Below the pieces are notes generated by a model. The model was not told the origin of the DNA and made no database searches. It saw only the letters and a program-made list of their open reading frames with translations. Shown one piece after another: positions 37,290 to 51,241 of a stretch of 64,000 nt of DNA (within the stretch, counting starts at the first letter, position 1; each line of letters starts with the position of its first letter). A program made the position numbers and the translations under genes. Source of the stretch: Azolla caroliniana (Eukaryota; Plantae; Polypodiophyta); the NCBI GenBank assembly GCA_043228905.1, contig JBHGNT010000002.1, positions 21,886,001 to 21,950,000 of the forward strand. The letters are read 5' to 3'.

Positions 37290-39762
37290 GATTGAGATCA
37301 ACCTTTTCTCAATCTAGAAGACGACATCAATCACTTCCCAAGGAAAAGGTTATTATGTTTAGTGACATGGGCGTCATACAAGAATTTTGCATCATTACAT
37401 ACAACAATATTTCATGCTTCATATCTCATGGATGCAAGAGCGTATTCACATATATGATTTCTATACATATCTATGAGAATATGGTTTGGGACATGGTACA
37501 AAAGATAAAGCTCCAAAATAAACTATAATACAAATGTGAAACTTTCAATATAATTCGTTCATGCAAATGTGTCTTGGTTAACCACAAACCATACAAGGCG
37601 CTAAGAAAGACTCATCAACTATGCTTATTTCTCCTTAGTCAAATACTTTAGTCTAATCCATCCATCTTCAACCACATTTAAGTTTTCTTTCTCCTAATTT
37701 TCAACTCAAACCTATCCTAACACATGTTTCTATTCCAATCACAACGTCCATACTCAATTATGAAGTTCATTAGTACAACTCTTGAATGTTGAGAGTCACT
37801 AACAATCTCCATGCACATTGGTTGTGAAAATGTTTTATATTTTAGTTTGGTCCTATAGTCAAATTGGACCTTTGAGGACGATTATACAAATTGTCTATCT
37901 CTTGTGCATGAATGTTCCCCAAACTTTCTTCGGCCAATGCTTTGCATGCAAGATAAATATACCTTTAGCACACATATACATGCATTCTATATTGCATTTG
38001 TTAGATAAAAATTGCATTACCTTTTTCAAGTGATATCAAAGTCATTTTTTGTTTGTATTCTTGCATGTAGTCATGTGCTTACTTATATGGTGTATTTCTT
38101 TAAGTAGAATATATACATCATAGCATTGATATGCATATTTCTAAAATGGTGGTTGCACTCAAGGCTTACTTTTCCAATATATATTGAAATCTTAGTGACT
38201 TTGTCTTTTTCTCTCAAGCGATTCATGTGTCACGCACACATGGAGACGTACACAACACCAACATACAAATACACATAAAATAGCCTTGATTGTTTGCTTA
38301 AAGATAGGTATTGGTCCCCCTATCTAGGTTCCATGATAGGAAACATTATGGGAGTTGATAATATAATTTATTCCAAAACGTTGTGAACTTCCACACTTCA
38401 TGCTCACCTTTGAAATTAGGATCATGATATTTATTGTATTGTGTTACTCTTTCAAAGGGAAAGGCAAAAGTTATGTCATGCACACAACCCGATGGCCCAT
38501 GTTGGTTACAATCCATCCAGTTGTGAAACATACATATGTACATAGAAATGTCGTGGAGGAGGGTACTAGTACTCGTGATATATGCCTTATGATGAGTGTC
38601 TTATTATCTAATAATAGTGGTAAATAGTAAAATTGCAAGCAATAAATGGCAAGATCTTATGATTTTCCTTATCTTATTATGTGTATATATATAGCTTAAT
38701 TGATTTATATTTTGGTTGGGCCCACAACACAAGACTAAAACTTTTGGCTCACTACATCAAATAATAAATATCATGTGTTTACTTGTTTATGTTGCTTAAG
38801 GATTTAATATTTGCGACACTTAGAATGCTCAAATTCCATGGTATGATTTCATAATATACAATCATGGTAGCCTGGACATGTCATACTAACTAACATGTTA
38901 AGTTGTAACCTAATTTACTTTCCACATTTAATACAACTTGTAAAATTTTAGACCATTTTTCTTTATTTAACTTTCTTTCATCTAGTATATAGAAGCAACT
39001 CTTCGGGCCGCAGACACTCATGAATGGAACCTAGAAATTTGCAAACTATTCAAAGTTAAAAAAAAAACTTTAATTCTTCATATGATTATAAATAGAAATG
39101 AGGTAGTATTACCAATGAAAGGGTTAGAAAGTAAATACTATGGTACTATTAAGAGTGAAAGATAAATTATTAAAATTTTATTATTGAAGTTAACATTTGT
39201 TCATGTACATTCATGATTGTCGTTGACATTTGTGCTTTTAAACTCATCTCCTATTAAAGTGTTTTTTTGCCCATTATCATATCCATGAGAATTTGTTCTA
39301 TAGAATGGAGGCATTTCAACAACATACAAGAATAGTCTCCATGATCATTGAAGTTGATGAGGGTAACCTTGCACACATACTTAACTCCTAATTCAAAGAA
39401 TTGTTCGAAGCCCCACGAGGAGTTGATAACTCATAATTGAGAAACAATCCCGAAAGGATTATCGGAGAAGCAACTCGAAAGCTTGTATTTCTACTTTCAT
39501 ACTTCATTAACAAAAGGTTTTGCAAATTTAAAATTATGGTGCTTTTGTAAGCACCACTTGTTCTAAAGGTTTATAAGGTTTTTCTTTGTCTCCTTATATG
39601 TCCCACCTACATGTTTAGGGTTGGGACTTTAGATTAAACAAAAGAAACGTAGAAGAATAGGGTAAATATGTAACTTAGGTTGTAAAGAGATTTGAACACG
39701 AGACCTCTTGCACAACAAATATGATAACGACATGAACATTTTGTTGAGAGACAAGCTCAACA

Positions 39763-40030
39763 TGTTGGATCAGCTGAAGAAGCCGAAAGCCGGATTCGTT
39801 GAAGAATTGGCTGAAGAAGCTGACAGTTGGATTGGCTAGGAGTCGACAAGCCGTTAGAGGCCTATATTCCAGTTTTAGAAATAGGAATATAATAGGCAAT
39901 TAGTGTCATATGCTCTTAAATGAGCATTCAAGTACTTGTGTCAGCCCATTGTCAGGGCTTGTATAAAAAGTGCTCATTGAGCACATTGTGATGTATAGAG
40001 TGTTATTTTTTGAATTGAGTTTTGTTGTAT

Positions 40031-40031
<1 letters not shown>
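39763..40031 (+). mobile_element. 5' part of an unrelated (Copia-like) LTR fused to the Gypsy 5' LTR
   Basis: Starts TGTTGG, has TATAAAAA at 39962, and shows no visible similarity to the U3 of the Gypsy 3' LTR (51585-51870). Confidence 0.45.
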
Positions 40032-40077
<46 letters not shown>

Positions 40078-41371
40078 GTGTTTCGCGCTGATCCGGGGAA
40101 GAAGGTGAAGCCTCTCATCCCGCAGGAAGCCCGTGAACTCCCGACCAAAGGTTCATCGTTCTGAGTGTGTTTGCGGTGGTTGTAGTTTGAAGCACTGTTG
40201 CCAGCCAAGTCCAGTTGTATCCTTTTGTTCTTTGTTAAACATTAGAGTTTTGTTGTGTCTCTTCTTGTGTTTGGGTACTCCCGCGTGGTTCCTACTTGTT
40301 GCGGTTTGTTGCGCTCCGAGATCGTGTTCTTATTCCTGATCTGTTCTTGTTGTGTGCGTGTCTGAGCCCATGAGCCCGTGAGCTCATCGTTGTTGTCCGG
40401 AATCTTGACTGGAATGTTACACTTTTTCAAGCCCGAGCGCTAACCGATCGATATCCGGGAATCGTCCCGAATCGGGCACGTGTCTGGCTCCATTTCCACA
40501 TGTTCGTGCGGAATACCGCGACATCTTTGGTGAACCTGACGTGAGAGGGGGTGGCAGAGGAGTTCAACATGATAAGACATGAAGTTGAACAAAATTAATT
40601 AAAGCATTGAAAGGTCAAGATTATAAAGCTCCAATGTGTAAAACCATGGCAGAGGAGTTCGACATGAGAGGAAGCGAATTAGCAAATGCGATGGCAGTAA
40701 CTGTCGATTGTATAGTAAACGCAAGGGAGGGTACAGGTACCCTTGACAGAGCCATAGAGGCGATAGTCAGTGCGATTGGCCGGTTCAATGGCAAAGACGC
40801 GACAAGCTACCTAGAGGCCTATTGGGCCGAAATGATGATGAGGGTTATTTTGGAGGATAGACGGTTGGCCGGATTCCCTTGAGTTGTTACGCCGAGCATC
40901 CATGCGAGGTGCTCGAGGTGCAAACAGACCACCGTGCTTGGGTAGAATTCGAGGGGCGTCTACTCGAAAGGTACGACTTCGACGACTTGCTCCGGCTGTC
41001 GAAGAAGGAGTTTATGGATTGGGTCGAGACCCCCGGCAAGGGACGGAATACGTTAGTGTTGCTTCAGGAGTTCGAAAGGTGGTTCACACGGCTCTCGACG
41101 CTAGACCGGACCATGCTCAACACGAGCAAGGTCTTGCTATTTATGAAGTTGGTCGACTTGCTCGATCGCGAAAAGGTGGGTCTCCTCTTGGAGATAGACG
41201 AGGGTCTCACGGCCAACTAGGCAGTGGTTAAAAGAGTTTGCAGCCGTTTCGACAAACAGTGCGATTGGAACGATGTAGGGTCGTCGACGACTGGCCCGAG
41301 TGTGGGGAGGAAGTCGGAGGAATCGGTTCTGACAAGAACGGACGAAACAAGACGGTGGCTCGAGTCGGGCA

Positions 41372-41560
41372 TGTCGAATACGAGTGTATAATGGCCGTAT
41401 TCACATTGTCCCTTTGGACAACCCAAGTTCAGGCTATTTTTGTAAATAGCATAAAGGGCAGTTACCCTAGGATAGTCACTATACAAAGAGACTTTGTAAC
41501 CTTTAGTGAAGGTTGGTTGTTATTTGTAACTGTTGCTATTGGAATATAACGTTTCCTTTG

Positions 41561-41604
<44 letters not shown>

Positions 41605-44429
41605 TGTGTCTATCTTGCTCATGCATACACAGATTCCTTCATCACGAATGTTGCTTGCACTTCCGCACTGACGGCCTTGTCCCCAACATTTGGTATCAGA
41701 GCGTTGGAGGTTCTTCAACCCGCTGCCGGCCGTCATTGCACAACACAACATTCTGTTTTCGTTTTCTTTGAAGAATAGAGAAGGGAGAAGAAAAACAAAA
41801 AGCTCGCATCTCACTGTGTTAAATCACAAATTGGAGTAAGCCAGTCGGTTGTACTCTGTTCCTGTGATTGTAATCACTTGAGGGGAGCTCCTTGAGCAAC
41901 AACCGACCCAATCGTGCTTCATTCGGTTAAACAATATCCGAATAGGTCACTAGACGCTATTCACCCGCTTGCTGTAACCACTCGTTGCAGATTGGTCTCC
42001 TGGCAACAACCACTTCGTGCTTCACTCGGCTGATCGACATTCAGGAGGATGAGTTGGATCCGTCCCTCTCATCGCTGCAATCATCCGAAGTAGAATCGGC
42101 CCAAACAATCGGTTTTGTGTAATCGGTATTCGACATACAATCGGAAGCTAACCGGGCTCACTCCGACTCGGCAACATTCGGGAAGACCAGCTGGTTCTGT
42201 TCCTCAAGTTACCGGAGTCACTCCGAGCAAGTTTAGCAACAAGTATCCGAAACCAAACCGAATCGGGTTCAAAACCGACTAGAACGATATCGGGTGAGCC
42301 GACCGGATGCACCCCACTAAGGTTCGTAGTCAACTCCGAACCGAGTCTTACCAACCGAAATCGAAGCAGATGGCATCAACATCCGGCTCATCAGAGATGA
42401 GTCTAAGGAGGTTCGACAGTTCGAACTTCAACTTCTGGAAGGAACAAATGCAGGACTATCTCATAGTCAAGGGTCAGATAGACCCGATTGAGAATGAAAA
42501 TCTTCCAGAAGCATACAAGGCAAATGAGTGGCTAAAGCTGGACAGAATTGTCCGCGCCACGATTCGGATGCACTTGTCGGAGTTAGTGTACTTCATAGTG
42601 CAATCATGCACGACAACGTTTTAACTTTGGAAAACACTGTCGGAAACTTATGAAAAGAAGGTTGCCGCAACGAAGATGTATCTGATCCGGCGTCTCTACA
42701 ACTTGCGGATGAAAGAATCCGATTCGGTTCAGGCACACCTCAACGAGTACGAAAGCATAAACTCCCAAATCTCGTCTCAGGGGACAACAATCGAGGATGA
42801 AATCAGAGCAATGATACTCATGAGTAGTCTCCCCTCTTCATGGGAAACTTTCGTTACAACCGTGTGCAATGCTTCAACAACTGCAGTTAAGTACTCCGAA
42901 GTCACGAGCGCAATCGTGACTGAAGCAGCTCGGAGAAAGTCTTTCGCCAAAGACTCGACAGACGAAGCTTACATAGTACAAGGTTCGACCGATCGATCGA
43001 ACAACCGGGGAAGAAGTTCTTCCTGACCGCCGAACAATCAACGAAGTTGGAGCAAGTCCCGGGACAACCGAATCTGTAATTACTGCAAGAAACCGGGACA
43101 CATCAAAGCCGACTGTCGAGCACTCAAAGCAAAAACTGACAAAGCTCAAAGAGCGGACTAGACTGTCCGACATCCCCATTAACCTTCGGCTATCTCAGCG
43201 AGATTGTCCGACATCCGGTCCGGAGGGGGAAGATATGAAGTCGGTACCTTATGCACCGACAGTCGGCTCCCTCATGTACGCGATGGTCGCGACACGACAT
43301 GATATTTCTCACGCTGTAGGAGTCGTCAGCAGATTCATGCACAACCCCGACTGATCGCACTGGAACGCAGTCAAGCATGTGTTCAGATATCTAGTTGGCA
43401 CAAAAGACCACGACATTCTTTTCGGCCCGAACTCAACCTCAGGTGTAGTTGGTTACACCAACTCGGACTTCGCCGGCTGTGTAGACAGTCGGAAATCAAC
43501 AACCAGATACTATTTCAAATTTGGCAATGGAGCAATCTCGTGGAAGTGAAAACTTCAGGAGTACACAACCACCTCAACGACCGAAGCAGAATATGTAGCT
43601 GTGTCTGACGCGGCAAAAGAAGCTTTATGGCTTGGTCAGCTGGCGCACACGTTTCGACAGGTCGACTCCGACTCGGCTCTATTTGTCTACAACGATAGTT
43701 AGGGTGTTGTTGCTTTGTCAAAAAATCCGGTCCACCACAACGCCTCTAAGCATATCAACGTTCGATATCACTTCGTTCGGGACTGCGTCATTTCAGGGAA
43801 AATCGGTCTCGAAAAGATATCCACAACCGATAATTTCGCAGATGGAATGACCAAGTGTCTTTCGATGGATCGCTTTCGGTCCCTTCGGCACCAGATGGGC
43901 ATAACGAAAAATCGGTCTGGTTAAAGTCAGACACACAACACAGGATGGTTTCGGACCACCGACATCGGTTCTCTGAGGATCGGCTTTAGCTCTTCCGACC
44001 CGACCGATTCAGTCTTCTGTCTTTAGATCTTGCCGACTCTAACAAAACTAATTTGTCCGATAAACCTTGTATATATACCTGTAATTCTTTAAGATAACCC
44101 ATGTATACGCCCATTACGAGGGAGTGTCGAATACGAGTGTATAATGGCCATATTCACATTGTCCCTTTGGACAACCCAAGTTCGGGCTATTTCTGTAAAT
44201 AGCATAAAGGGCAGTTGCCCTAGGATAGTCACTATATAAAGTGACTTTGTAACCTTTAGTGAAGGTTGGTTGTCATTTGTAACTATTGCTATTGGAATAT
44301 AACGTTTCCTTTGTGCCTCTTTCTCTCTCTCTCTCTCCCCCCCTCTGTGTCTATCTTGCTCATGCATACACAGATTCCTTCATCACGAATGTTGCTTGCA
44401 CTTCTGCACTGACGGCCTTGTCCCCAACA
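41372..44429 (+). mobile_element. Internally deleted (non-autonomous) Ty1/Copia element with both LTRs and TSD
   Basis: LTRs at 41372-41688 and 44125-44429 (TG...CA), GGGCA TSD on both sides, PBS TGGTATCAGAGC and PPT GAGGGAG. gag from 42370 with CNYCKKPGHIKADC joins directly to the RT end and RNase H (VGSLMYAMV, SKHINVRYHFVRD). Confidence 0.95.
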
Positions 44430-45911
44430 GGGCACGACATCGACCAACGTGGTAGCAGGACCATCCGGGGGCATAACTCTTGAAGAGCTGACCAAGATGG
44501 TGTGCGATCTCCAGATTGCACAGGCTCGGAGGGACGACTGGGTTTAGTCGTGCGAATAGAGGTGTATGTGGTGCGACGTTGTCGGCCACGTCCGGAGGGA
44601 CTGTGCCAATTTCGCCTAGGCACTTAGGAGTAACATAGTGTACCTTTGGAACGACCGAGTGCATGCCAACGATACGTGGAGGGCCTTGGAGGTAAATACC
44701 GGTCGGGGTGGGATGAAAAGGATAATGGAGGAAGTTGCGGCCCGAAACGCCAAGGCCATCCACTATTCGGTGTCGGCAGGGATCCAGGTAGGAGGAGAGA
44801 AAGGCATTAGATCCGGAAGCAAAACCGGACTCTATCCGCTTGTGCTAGAGGGCCTGACCGAGGTGAGGCTAAGGAAGGAAGAAGCTAACCGCGGGGAGAA
44901 GCGAGTCCAAGAGGGCACCGGATGGGACGATCCAGTAGAAGAGAAAACCGGCTTCGTGGAAGCCGCGTGCCAGAACTACAAGGTTCTGGTGGAAGATAAA
45001 CGGGCCGGAAAGGCCGGAGGGGCCAGTCGCTTGAACCGGTATGAGACCCAGAGTGGGCTGAAGAAGAATGACGGAGGCCCAACCGGCTCACAGGAGAAGA
45101 CGAGGTTACCAGGCTTTCGGTTGAGCTCGGAGATAGAGAGGACGACGGACTTGCGGAGTGTCTTGTAGGAGCTGATCCTCTACAGCCGGGTGGAGCTCAC
45201 CCTAAGGGAGGTGCTAGGGATTGGGAAGAAGGAGTTCCTTGATGGCATTGTTGATTCCGTAAAAAGGAAGAGGCTGTCAATGGAGCCGGAGCCCGAGAAG
45301 CCAATCGAAGTGAGGACGACCTTGATCGATGAGATGATAGTAAAGGACGAATATGACGAAAGCCACTACATGAGGCCGCACTGGCCAAGAGCTATCACAG
45401 AGACGCCGGTCCAGATTCGGGACGTGCAAGAGCCAGTGGTGGCGCTAATCGACCACGGATCAGAGGTTAACTTAATGTCCATGGACTTCTACAAGAAGGG
45501 TAAATGGCCAATCAACACGAAGCACGAGTGGAAGATACGCGTGGTGACCCGAGCCATGAAGGAGCTACACAGAGCATGCTCGAACGTTTGAGTGAAGGTC
45601 GGGGATGTCGAGATCCTCCCATCCGGTCATCGTCAACGAACCCTATATCACGACAGCCTGGATGGAAACAAAGGTCCTGGACAACGGTTCAACCTATGGT
45701 AAGGTGAAGAGTCAGGACGACCGACACTCCGTTCAGTTCTTGATAGTCTGGCCGAACCACGAGAGACGTTGCGGAAGCTCAAGATCAGTGGGGGTGGCTT
45801 CCTACTGCTTGTGGAGGAGGACCGGTTTCGGAGGATGCTCGAAAGGCACGAGAAAGCCTTTACATTCTCGCCGGGGGAGATCGGATGCGTAGACCCGACT
45901 ATCGTAGAACA

Positions 45912-46043
45912 TGTTGGCATAAAAGGCCAACTCCTTCCAATTTGTATCCTAGTGTGAACTCATCCAAAGAGTTAGGGCTTAATATATAAGCAATAACCTA
46001 ACAGTGAGAAAGAAGAACTTCTGGATCATCTTGCATAGCGTCT

Positions 46044-46090
<47 letters not shown>

Positions 46091-48550
46091 TACAGAATAA
46101 CAGAGCTTCCATTAAAGCTTAAACCGTGTCTATCTTCTGTTGTATCTTCTTGCTTCCATTCTTTGTAGTTTGCTGAACACATACGATAGGTCCTCATATA
46201 CACAAACCTACATTTCTACGCATATTCAACAACGACAACTGGTATCGGAGCGACTTGTGGTTCGGCGGCAACGAGCAGTAGAGAAGCTGAAAGGATTTTT
46301 AACCTTTTTCATAGTGTATTTGAGAATGTATTATATTAGTATCAATGTGTTTTGTATTATCACTGAAAAAGTACGAAAATCAAATGGAATATTCCTTATC
46401 CTTCCATTTATGCGCGATCTTTCCACTTGTGAACATGAACGTGTTCCAGGTCAGTAAAATCTCACTTTCAAAGAAGAACATGGCTTCAACATCCGGAACA
46501 GGAGTTGAAATCAGAAAATCCGATGCCAAAAACTTTGCCCTATGGAAGGAGATGATGCAAGACGTGTTGATCATTAGAAGACAAGTTGAAGCCATTCGAC
46601 ATAGTGAAAAACTTGCCTCGATGACAGTGGAGATCTACAGACGAAATCACATGCTCCACCATCCGAATGCATCTGGCCGAAAAGGTCTACTTCAGCATGC
46701 CAAAAGAGACGACAACATTCTCATTGTCGGAGAAGCTACGAGATGTGTACGAGAAAAAGTCCTCATCTTCAAAACTGATTTTGATAAATTAATTGTTCAA
46801 CATGAAGATGAGAGAGACTGATCCAGCTACCTCCCACATCAACACCTTCAACCGGGTGTTGTCAGAAATCTCCTCACAAGGGATCAACTTCAAAGAAGAA
46901 GTGAAAGCCCTTGCCCTCCTATCGAGCTTGCCGACGAGTTGGGAGGTATTCTGCACGACATATGCCAATATCCGATAAACCCTAAGTCTGGATGAGACAA
47001 TTGGCCAAGTCCTCATCGAGGACATTCGGTAAAAATCGATGGAACTCATCATCGAGGAGTCGGCAAAAGCCCACCACTTGACCAAACCAATTGACAGACA
47101 TAGTCAATCAAGAGAACAAGCCGACAGAGCCGATTGATAGCATAGTCGATCGAAAACGAGGGGAGACTGAGAACGGTCGAAGTCGAGAATGGGCCGATCA
47201 GGCGAATTCTGCACACATTGCAGAAAAGTTGGCCACAATGTTTTCGACTGCTCGTCGATCAAGAAGAAAGAGAGTGGTCAGCTGGAACTGGTCATACCCG
47301 GAGGACAAGTTTTCGACCGAGTAGATAGACCTTATGGCGAAGGCCTCTTCAAACTCATCGATTGTCAGACCGACTCTAGCATTTTGAATGGTCACCTTGT
47401 TGATTGGTTGTAGGTCCTGAATTAAGCGCAGTGTGTCGTTCTTTTTCGGCATCGTAAACCATCGGTTTGAATAAGGAGCACTCGACAACTCAAGGATGCC
47501 CATCTCTCCTGGATCATTCAGTTGATCCGTTCTGCCACTCCATTTTGCATCGGTGTGTAAGGAATAGTCTTTTGATGTTGGATGCCTTTGTTGGATAGGT
47601 ATTGTTTGAAGGCTCTGGAGGTGTACTCACCTCCATTGTCGGATCAGAGTGTCTTCACCCTATATCCTGACCGGTTCTCCATTTCTGATATCCACCGAGT
47701 GAAAACCGCGAGCGCTTCGTCTTTGGACCTGATGGAGTAGGCCTAGGTCTTCCATGTACAATCATCTACAAATGTGATGAAGTATCGGGAGCCTCCTAGT
47801 GCTCGCTCTAGCATGATATATCTGTGTGCACGAGTTCGAGGGGTTGTCGTATTGTCTCGTAATGGAGAGTGTGCAGACTTTGGGTTTGTTTCCCGTATCA
47901 ACAATACTTGCAGAAATCCGTCTTTGCATGACGTTTAGGGATTTCCCCGACTGCCATCAGCCAATCGAGTCTGGCTTGTGACATATGGGTGAGTCATCCA
48001 TGCCATAAGTTCGGGTCGGTCTTTTCATCTACGTTCACGACCCCGTCTGGATTGATCGCCATCATTGGATACAAGTTATTGTACTTCTATCCACTCCCAA
48101 TTCTGAGATTACCCCGGCTGATCATCCATACCGACTCACTTAGAGTCGTTCGGTACCCGTCTTCGGCTAACATGTCGATGGAGACCAGACTCCCTTTCAG
48201 ATCGGTTACATGCCAGACTAGTGTAGGGTGATCATGTTGCCATTGGGCAATCGGATGGGAACCTCTCTGGTCCTTGTGATTCTGCACTCCTGCCTGTTGC
48301 CTAGTCGGACTGTGCCACTGGCATCGGCTGAATAGTTCGAAAAACATTCAATATTAGGGTCACATGAAATGTGGAACCAGAATCCAATAACCATATGTGT
48401 CCATCTTGTGCAATGTAGAGGACTTCTCTGATCATTGAATACTCTAAGGAGAGAATTTCTCCTGATCGGGTGTTCGCAACGTTGATTTGGCTGTCGATTG
48501 GAGAGTGGTTCGAGTCGGGTCGTCCTTGATTCCGCTCGGATCGTCCACTC
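45912..48550 (+). mobile_element. 3'-truncated Ty1/Copia element; its protease-integrase part (47505-48550) is inverted
   Basis: LTR 45912-46237, PBS TGGTATCGGAGC at 46240, gag with CTHCRKVGHNVFDC on plus. Protease WLLDSGSTFHVT and integrase (NGGEYTS, NGVAER) are on minus. Confidence 0.88.
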
Positions 48551-50757
48551 GTGGAGAGTAGGGACATCATGACGATGCGAACCCCTCTTGGCCTAGTTTG
48601 GATGTCTACCCTACCGCAAGGGGGAACCAATTCGGTGGTACACATGGCGAATGCGATGAACAAGGTTTTGAGGGACTGCATCCTGGACATCACCATGCCA
48701 TTTTTGGACGACATCCCGATCAAGGGATGTCTGGAGGACGCGAAGGAGGAGTCAATCGGAGCGGACGGAAGCTGGAAGTTTGTCGCGGACCACATCTTCG
48801 CCCCCGAGAAGATACTGCAGAGGCTAGAGGCCGCTCGGCTTACCTTCTCCTGGGAGAAGTCGACTTTCAGACAATTAGAGATCATGGTAGTCGGTCACTT
48901 GTGCGGGCCATGCAGCCGGAAACCGTCTCCGGCGAAGATAGAGGCCATCTCGGCAATGAAGGAAGAGTGTCGGTCGGTCATGGAAGTCCGACAGTTCCTG
49001 GGGGCGTGCGCCTTCTACCATATTTGGATCCTGCACTATGCGCATATCGCGGAGCCGTTCTATGGCTTGCTGAAGACAGGCCGGAGATTCGAATCGCGCA
49101 ACGAGCACACGAAGGCGGTCTGGAGACTGAAGGAAAAGCTAGTGGCGATATCGGCTCTCCGGAAAGCGGTGTACAAGAAGGACACTCTAGTTTATCTGAA
49201 GGTGGATACGAGTTCAACCAGAATTGGGTGGGTGGTTAATCAGGAAGATGAGGATGACACACGGTTCCCCTTCCGGTTCGGTGCGAAGGTGCTAAGCAAG
49301 TGGCAACGAGGCTACGCCCAAGGTTAAACGCGAACTCTGGGGTATCGTTTCGACGGTCAAGGCCGATAATGACTATTTGATTGGGGCGGAAGTAATCTTC
49401 GAGACGGACTGCCTGTCGATTCTCGGCATGGTTTCCGGATGCGCGACTCTGGACCTGGCGATGCTCAGGTGGATGCGTACATGAAGTCCTTGGTTCCAGA
49501 GATACGAGACATCTCTGGGAAAGACAATGCCATGGCCGATATGCTTTCAAGAACGCGGTTCGACAACGAGGACGACATGGTGTCTAAAGGTTAAGAAGTC
49601 GGCGAGGAATTTTTCGAGTCGGCCTGATTGAGGGTGAGTAGAGGGGCACTCTGGCCTAGAGCGAGTTTGACAAGACCAACTACGACGGGGAGTGGCTTCG
49701 AATCAGGCGGTTCCTAAGTAATATGTTGACGGTAGACGCAACATGGACGGAGGAAGAAACGAGCTGGATTCGGAAGAAGGATTACCGGTTCTTCCTACAT
49801 AATGGTAAGATATGGAAGCACCCAAAGAGGCGAATTGGCACACCGCTCCGGGTGGTGGCAAAGAAGGAAGAACAATTGGTGCTCGTGTTGGAGTTCCATG
49901 AGAGTCCCTAGTTCGGACACCGGGGCACATGGGCCACGTTCGAGAAACTAAAGGAGAAGTATTGGTGACCGGGGATGTATCGGGTCGTGCACGATTTTGT
50001 AACAACATGCGAGAGTTGCCAAGTGCATTCTCGAGTTCGGCACCAAGACGAGTTACACCTGACCTACCCATCAACCATTCATTTCAAGTGGATGGTCGAT
50101 TTAGTGACAATGTCGATGGGGGTAGGGCAAATGAGGTACCTGGTACTTGCGCGGGAAGATATGACAAACCAGGTGGAGGGTCGAGCCTTAACGAAAAAGA
50201 CGACCACCACCGTATGCCGATTCCTGATCGAAGATGTGATTTGCTGGTACGGGTGTGTGAGCAAGATCGTGGCCGACTAAGGGGAGCTGGACATGCGTGA
50301 AGCTCAGGAGCTGTTCGACCGATTAGGGGTCAAGCTTTCACTCATGACGACGTACAATCCGGAAGCCAACGGGAAGGTCGAGTGTGGGCACATGCCGATC
50401 GTGAAGGCCATAGTACAAGCTATGCACGGGCCGAGTGGGAAACTGGCCGAGGCTCCTATCTTATGCACTATGGGCCGACCGAACTACGCACAGTTCGGTA
50501 ATCGGGTACATGCCAGCGGAACTTAAGTTCGGGAAAAAGCCGGTTATGCCGATGGAGTGGACGATCTCGTCATGGATGGCGGTCTGCTGGGCGAAGGAGA
50601 TGAGCCGAGAGGAGCTGTTGGCGGTGTGGATCTGACAGCTCAAGCGGAGGCCGGAAGACGTCGAGCGAGTGACGACGAGAACGGAGGAAGCGAGAAAGAG
50701 GAACAAGGTCCGGTTCGATCAGACACACCGACTCCGGCCGGGGAAGATTGAGGAAGG

Positions 50758-51241
50758 TGCTGGTAGGGTAAACACGGCCTACCCTCAGTCCATCGGGGTA
50801 TGGTTTAAGAAGATTATGGTGCAAGGAATGGAGAGTGTATACATGGTATTCACGAATGGTTGTGACTGTAGTGCATAGTGTGGCGTGAGCTTAGGGGAAA
50901 GAGACGCAGGAAGACGGCTACAATTGAATTCCTCGCACGATGCGTAAGCTTTACCTAAAAACACTTACACACTTAATCACGCACAAAGTATACGCAATAA
51001 CTGAGAGACACAACGATTCAGAGCAACAAAACTATATTAAGAGATTACCAAAAATACTAAGCTAGTCTTTACAAGTTTCCCATGCCCTTTATATACAGAG
51101 TCATGGTCGGTTATGCTTGGAGTGTGAACCGTTACATGTGTTCATAACGCTACGGCCTCATAATTATGCTACGACTGCTTCTGTCTATACGTCTTCCTTT
51201 TCTTCCTCCTTTTCTCACTAGGACGACTTAGGCAGACAACA
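50758..51241 (-). mobile_element. Solo-LTR-like insertion in the Gypsy integrase
   Basis: It splits KIEEG|DWVLVYD, has TG...CA ends and a minus-strand TATATAAAAGGG. No TSD is visible. Confidence 0.7.

Noticed and set aside
33700-39660. Short ORFs and possible DNA-transposon exons in AT-rich sequence
   Set aside because: No recognisable domain or consistent splice pattern was seen, apart from the LTR and LINE fragments listed.
48598-49239. 213-aa alternative-frame ORF overlapping the Gypsy RT
   Set aside because: It is a shadow ORF of GC-rich coding sequence with no recognisable motif.
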